Below, piece by piece: positions 59,453 through 64,000 of a DNA stretch of 64,000 nucleotides. The stretch is from positions 35,115-99,114 of the forward strand of contig CAWKAU010000023.1 in NCBI GenBank assembly GCA_963847685.1, read 5' to 3'. Source of the stretch: an uncultured Acidobacteriaceae bacterium. GTDB taxonomy: Bacteria; Acidobacteriota; Terriglobia; Terriglobales; Acidobacteriaceae. Made by a program: the position numbers and the translations under genes. The notes under the pieces are model-generated. The model worked only from the letters and a program-made list of their open reading frames with translations, was not told the DNA's origin and searched no databases. The first letter of the stretch is position 1. The number at the start of each line of letters is the position of its first letter.

Positions 59453-62400
59453 ATGAACACCTTTGCCTTGCTCAGAAATGCTCTTTGGACTGCCTGTCTT
59501 TCCATCGCCCTTATCGTCCTTTTTAGCTGTGGCAAGTCAGCCAACGCGCAAAGTGCGCAGCCGATATTTCCTGTTGCAAGCCCCATCTCTCTCCCGGGCG
59601 ATCCGATCCCGTCTTTATCGGCGACTTCAATGGCGATGGGAAGCCCGACCTGGCCTATATCGAAACCATCAGCGGCAGTCCATTGTCTTTAGGGATCCAG
59701 CTGAGCTTCGGCAGCAGCGCGCCGACTACCGTGACCACGCCTCTTTGTGTTGCCGGTGCGGGCCAGCCGAGCTTTGCGGACGTGAACAATGACAAAAAGC
59801 TGGACCTTGTTTATTCCTGCAATGGCTTTCTCACTATCCAGTTGGGCAACGGTGACGGCACTTTCCAGCCTCCTGCATATTTCGGCAAATATCAGGGGCC
59901 GCCAGTGTTCGCGGATTTGAATGGCGATGGGTACCTCGATATCGCCACCCTTGTTCCAACGCTAACGCTCCCCCTCAAATAGCTGTCTTTCTGAACCAGG
60001 GCGCCACGGCGCCCGGAGTCGTTCGCAACTCCCACGCTGTATGCGGCGCCGAGTGGGGCGACTGGCCTCTCGGGCGGCGACTTTAACGGAGATGGCAAAC
60101 AGGATCTGATAACAGCTAATCCTCGTCCAGTGCCCAGTTTGCATTTACCGGAGTTTTCCGTTTTCTACGGCAATGGGGACGGCACGCTGAACGCGCCAAA
60201 GACACAATCGGTAGGCTCCCTTTTACGGCTTCACAACCGGCGACTTCAACGGTGATGGAGTTACGGATCTTGCCTTCCTGCTCGCGCCTACAGCGAATAG
60301 CCTTTTCACTTCGGTGCAGATTCTGCTGGGGAGTAACAGTGAAACCTTCAGCCAGGGCGCATCGCTATCCGTCGTCGCCACCCCGCCCCCCAAGGAATAC
60401 CGCAGCCAATGGCCGCGGTTGCTCTCACCAACGATGGGAATCTCGACCTTGTGGTCGCTACTAATGTCCTCAACGTCTTCCATGGAGATGGCAAGGGCGG
60501 CTTTACGTCCACCGGCACCTACGCAGTCTCCCCTCAAGCCGGTGTGCCCGCGGGATATTTGCTTGCGGATGTGAATGGAGATGGAAATCAGGATTTGATC
60601 GTCACCGACCCGACTTCTCAGGTCTATATCTTCCTGGGCAATGGAGACAGCACTTTTCAGGCGCCGCCTGGTACGCCGGTCTCCGGTCCAGTCGCTGACG
60701 TGAACAACGATGGCATCGCTGACATGGTATTTCTTCCAACTCAGGGAGGGAACTATTTTGGTACGGCACTCGGCAGAGGAGATGGCACCTTCGCGATCCT
60801 GAACCAAACGACACCGGTCCCCCCGGCGCAAACCGGGTATTCCCTCATGACCGGAGACTTCAATGGGGACGGGAAGACCGACATCGTTGCGATCCAACCT
60901 GGATCCGTCGGTCACAACGCTTTGACTTGTGTCACTCCCGATGCCCAACTGCTCTCGTTTCTCGGAAGTGGTGACGGGCGGTTCCAGGCTAAGGGAACAG
61001 CTCTTGCTCTGGGAGTCAGCGGAGCGGGCGCAGGAGTGACCGGTGATTTTAATTCCGACGGGAACCTCGACATCATTCTTCCCTACAACTGTGCTCCGGC
61101 GGGGCTTTTATTTTTGCCTGGGCGTGGGGATGGGACGTTTGGCACCCCCGTCAACATCAATGCAGGGGGTTCGGGGCTGCTGGTTGGCGATCTGAATAAC
61201 GATAAGAAACTGGACTTTATTTCGGGCAGCGTAGTCTTTCTGGGGAACGGTGACGGGACATTCAAGCAGCTTCCCCTCACCATTCCTGCTGGAAATACAG
61301 TGGTCGCCCTTGCCGACCTCAACGGGGACGGCATCCTGGACGTGGTCTCGGTCGGGGGTACAGTTAGCGGGCCCAATCACGGTAGTACGGTCTACGCCGG
61401 GAACGGAGATGGCACCTTCCAGGCCACACCCTTCTTCACTGTGCCTTTGCCGGCCTACACGTATCAGTACTCGATTAGCGCTGGAGATTTGAACGGCGAT
61501 GGCAATCCCGACTTACTGATTGGGGAGCAGGCGGGGGCCGATCCTTTTCTCGAGGTCTATTTCGGAGACGGACACGGTAACTTCATCGCAGGATATGAAT
61601 ACCTATGTCGTCGTTACGCAGGGTGTGGTTGCTCCGGCGATACCAACCCGGCTCAACAATCAGGCTCCCTCTCTTCCCAATGACAACAAGCTGGATGTTT
61701 TAGGGGTAATCCCGAACAGCGTCAACCCCCCGTATGTCGTTTCGTTGCTGAACCAGAGCAATCCTGCTCCCGCCAAGCCTGCGCCCCTCACCACGGCAAC
61801 CACGCTGCAGGCTTCGTTGGCAACGGCCACTCCTGGCGCCGCGATTACGCTGACTGCATCGGTCTTCGGGACCAATCCCACCGGCTCTGTCTCCTTTTTC
61901 GCGAATGGCAACGCCCTGGGAACAGAAACTGTTGCGAATGGAACGGCAACGCTGGCGACATCCTTTGCCAGTGCCGGCAGCTATTCGGTCACCGCCACCT
62001 ATGAGGGAGACAGCAACAATACGGCGAGTACGTCCCCTGCTGTCGGCATCACGATAACACCCGCGACCACCACCACTACGCTTCAGGCGACGCCGAGCGC
62101 GGGAAATGTGAATGAACAGATCGCATTGAAGGCAACCGTGAGCGGAGACGCCCCGACGGGTTCGGTCTCCTTCGCGGCGGGAACAACCAGCCTGGGAACA
62201 GCCACGCTTACGAATGGCGTGGCCACCTTGCAAACGTCATTTGGCGCTGCCGGCAGCTACGCCACGACCGCGACTTACCAGGGAGACAAGAACAACGCGG
62301 CCAGCACCTCGAGCACCATCACCATCGTGATCGCCGCACCTGACTTTACGGTCGCTGCGACGCCAACATCCGCGACCATCCCTTCAGGTCAAACGGCCAC

Positions 62401-62884
62401 GTTCACCCTCACGGTCACTCCCGTTGCCGGCTACGCGGGCACGGTGAAATTTTCCTGCGGGTCGCTTCCCGCCCAGGCGGCATGCTCGTTTTCGCCGGCA
62501 AGCGCGACGCCCTCGGGCGGCTCCCCAGCCTCCAGTACATTGACGGTGACCACCGCGACTGCGACGGCCGCGCTCCATCCCAGTGAGCATTCCACGCCAT
62601 CGCTTCCGCCATGGATCCCCGCCGGCGGACTCGCGGTAGCCGGAGCCATGGGTATTGCTTTCGCTCCCAGGAAGACGCGACGCTGGAGCCGCCAATTGCG
62701 GTGGCTTAGCTGGGGATTGTTGTTGGTGTCGCTACCTCTGTCGGTGTTGGGTTGTGGCGGCGGCAACAGTTCTCCATCCACCCCCACTACTACGCCTGCG
62801 GGTTCCTACACCATTTCCGTCAACCTGGCCGACAGTGCAGGTGGACCGCAGCATGCAGTAAGCATCGCGTTGGTGGTTCAATAA
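59453..62884 (+). pseudogene. FG-GAP/VCBS-repeat plus Ig-like repeat surface protein, frame broken about 6 times
   Basis: It has a signal peptide and many DxNxDGxxD FG-GAP repeats (GDFNGDGKPDL, ADVNNDKKLDL, ADLNGDGYLDI, GDFNGDGKQDL, GDFNGDGVTDL, ADVNGDGNQDL ...). Ig repeats follow (GSVSFFANGNALGTETVANGTATL...ATYEGDSNN). A continuous protein needs frame changes near 59605, 59955, 60018, 60215, 60385 and 61590. The C-terminal module matches that of the 15549-19016 protein. Confidence 0.65.
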
Positions 62885-63299
62885 CTGGCTTCAACGGACC
62901 AGAATAAACAGACCAGCATGGGTAGAGTGAGCATGAGGAATCCGATTGCGCTTTGGGTTGGGCCGGGGACGATCGCCCATTTTGCAGAGTTGAAGGTTAC
63001 AAAGGAGTAAGTGGCCGGCGGGTTCGTGGTTACCTGGCCGAGAAGGCTGACAGCCCGGAAAAGCGACTTCGCTACACGGCGATGCTGGAACTGATTGAGC
63101 GAGAGATCCCACATCCCCATGCTTGTGCACTGAGTCGCTATCGGGCCAAAAGCGTACCTCAGGGGCTAAAGCCCTGATAATTGCATGACATTTATACCGG
63201 GGATAAATCCCCGGCCTACCCTAAAGCCGTTCGTGTTCTATCGCGACCACAGCGTGACCCGCGTTTGCGGCTACCACCTATCGATAACTATTTATTCTT

Positions 63300-63376
<77 letters not shown>

Positions 63377-63471
63377 ACGGTGGGTTGAAGCAGGGGTTGA
63401 CGGCTTACCCAGTCAACAAACGCTAGTATACCAAAGCAAGGCCCAATGCCCCACGGCAGGCGGGCCGCTGC

Positions 63472-63747
63472 CTACAGGCCGAGTTTCCTGACCTCGTCGT
63501 TGTAGTACTTGCGGTACAGGATGTCCCACTCCTGGCTGCCTTCGACGATGATCTTGCGCTGGGAGGCGATCTTCAGGCGGGCTGCCTGATCGATCTTCAT
63601 CTCGTCGGTCAACACCTTCTCCAGCGCCTTACGCGCCTCCTGGCGGATGGTGTTGCGGTCATCCAGGAACTCACATTCGTCGGTCTCCGCCAGCGTGTCG
63701 GCTACGACGTGCGCCAGCTTGTTGAGCTTGTCCCGAGAGAGTCTCAC
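63472..63747 (-). CDS. DUF507-like small protein
   Basis: MRLSRDKLNKLAHVVADTL...EGSQEWDILYRKYYNDEVRKLG resembles DUF507 family proteins as I recall them. The GTG start overlaps the upstream stop (GTGA). Confidence 0.6.
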   Translation of the reverse strand: MRLSRDKLNKLAHVVADTLAETDECEFLDDRNTIRQEARKALEKVLTDEMKIDQAARLKIASQRKIIVEGSQEWDILYRKYYNDEVRKLGL

Positions 63748-64000
63748 AATACCGCCTTGTATTTCTTGGCCAGCTCCTGCTTGACCTTCTTGAACATCTC
63801 GGCGTAGCTGGCACCGGTGCGGCGCATGTCTTCCTGGTAAGCGTCGAGGATGACGCGCACCTCTTCGTTGATGCGGTCTTCCAGCGACAACTCTTCCAGG
63901 ATGGCCGCATTCACACGCTCAGCAACGGCACCCACTTTCGCCGCCCGAATCATCTTGGCCTCGATCAACTGGTTGACCGTCTGGCGTGCCAGATAACTGA
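63744..64000 (-). CDS. second DUF507-like protein (5' end may lie beyond the window)
   Basis: The frame is open to the window edge (...SYLARQTVNQLIEAKMIRAAKVGAVAERV...EVRVILDAYQEDMRRTGASYAEMFKKVKQELAKKY), with the stop at 63744-63746. Confidence 0.6.
   Translation of the reverse strand, partial: SYLARQTVNQLIEAKMIRAAKVGAVAERVNAAILEELSLEDRINEEVRVILDAYQEDMRRTGASYAEMFKKVKQELAKKYKAVL

Overview
This is a GC-rich bacterial chromosomal segment. Its gene content suggests Acidobacteriota: a CarboxypepD_reg-type TonB-dependent receptor, a VWFA-related acidobacterial-type protein, a Ser/Thr kinase fused to a TolB-like propeller, FG-GAP/Ig-repeat surface proteins and an S53 sedolisin with an Ig tail. That placement is inference from memory of these families; no search was run.

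Layout:
- 1-12.2 kb: Gfo/Idh/MocA oxidoreductase, disrupted multihaem cytochrome, response regulator plus PAS/degenerate-GGDEF protein, SDR, disrupted TonB-dependent receptor, propeller-phosphoesterase fusion.
- 12.7-19 kb: orphan Ku, zinc-ribbon/OmpA protein, 1155-aa S53 peptidase with Ig repeats.
- 19.3-37.4 kb: two tandem LuxR-type regulators, a frameshifted alpha/beta hydrolase, then a roughly 14-gene Wzx/Wzy-type exopolysaccharide locus that is largely translationally coupled.
- 37.7-39.5 kb: CBS protein, small hypothetical, fbp.
- 39.5-41.4 kb: decayed mobile-element remnant (DUF3987-like). It abuts a 3.7-kb arsenic island (arsR-acr3 divergent from arsM-arsC-arsC).
- 45-52 kb: membrane and outer-membrane proteins, PadR, BlaI with truncated BlaR1, threonine dehydratase-like enzyme, propeller protein, VOC protein.
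- 52.3-62.9 kb: disrupted VWFA-type gene, Ser/Thr kinase, hydrolase, disrupted FG-GAP/Ig gene.
- Window end: tRNA-Glu(CUC) and two DUF507-like genes.

I saw no CRISPR array, rRNA, intact transposase or integrase, and no recognisable defence system.

Most notable observations:
1. About 26 frameshifts are confined to six genes, while all other coding sequence reads cleanly.
2. Two unrelated Ig-repeat surface proteins share a C-terminal module that looks like a sorting-signal anchor followed by an internal lipoprotein signal peptide and a small terminal domain.
3. The EPS locus has a frameshifted priming transferase, a Walker-A-dead BY-kinase-like domain and an uncharacterised secreted protein.
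4. A decayed integrative-element remnant lies next to the arsenic island.

All family assignments come from reading the translations and from memory of family motifs.
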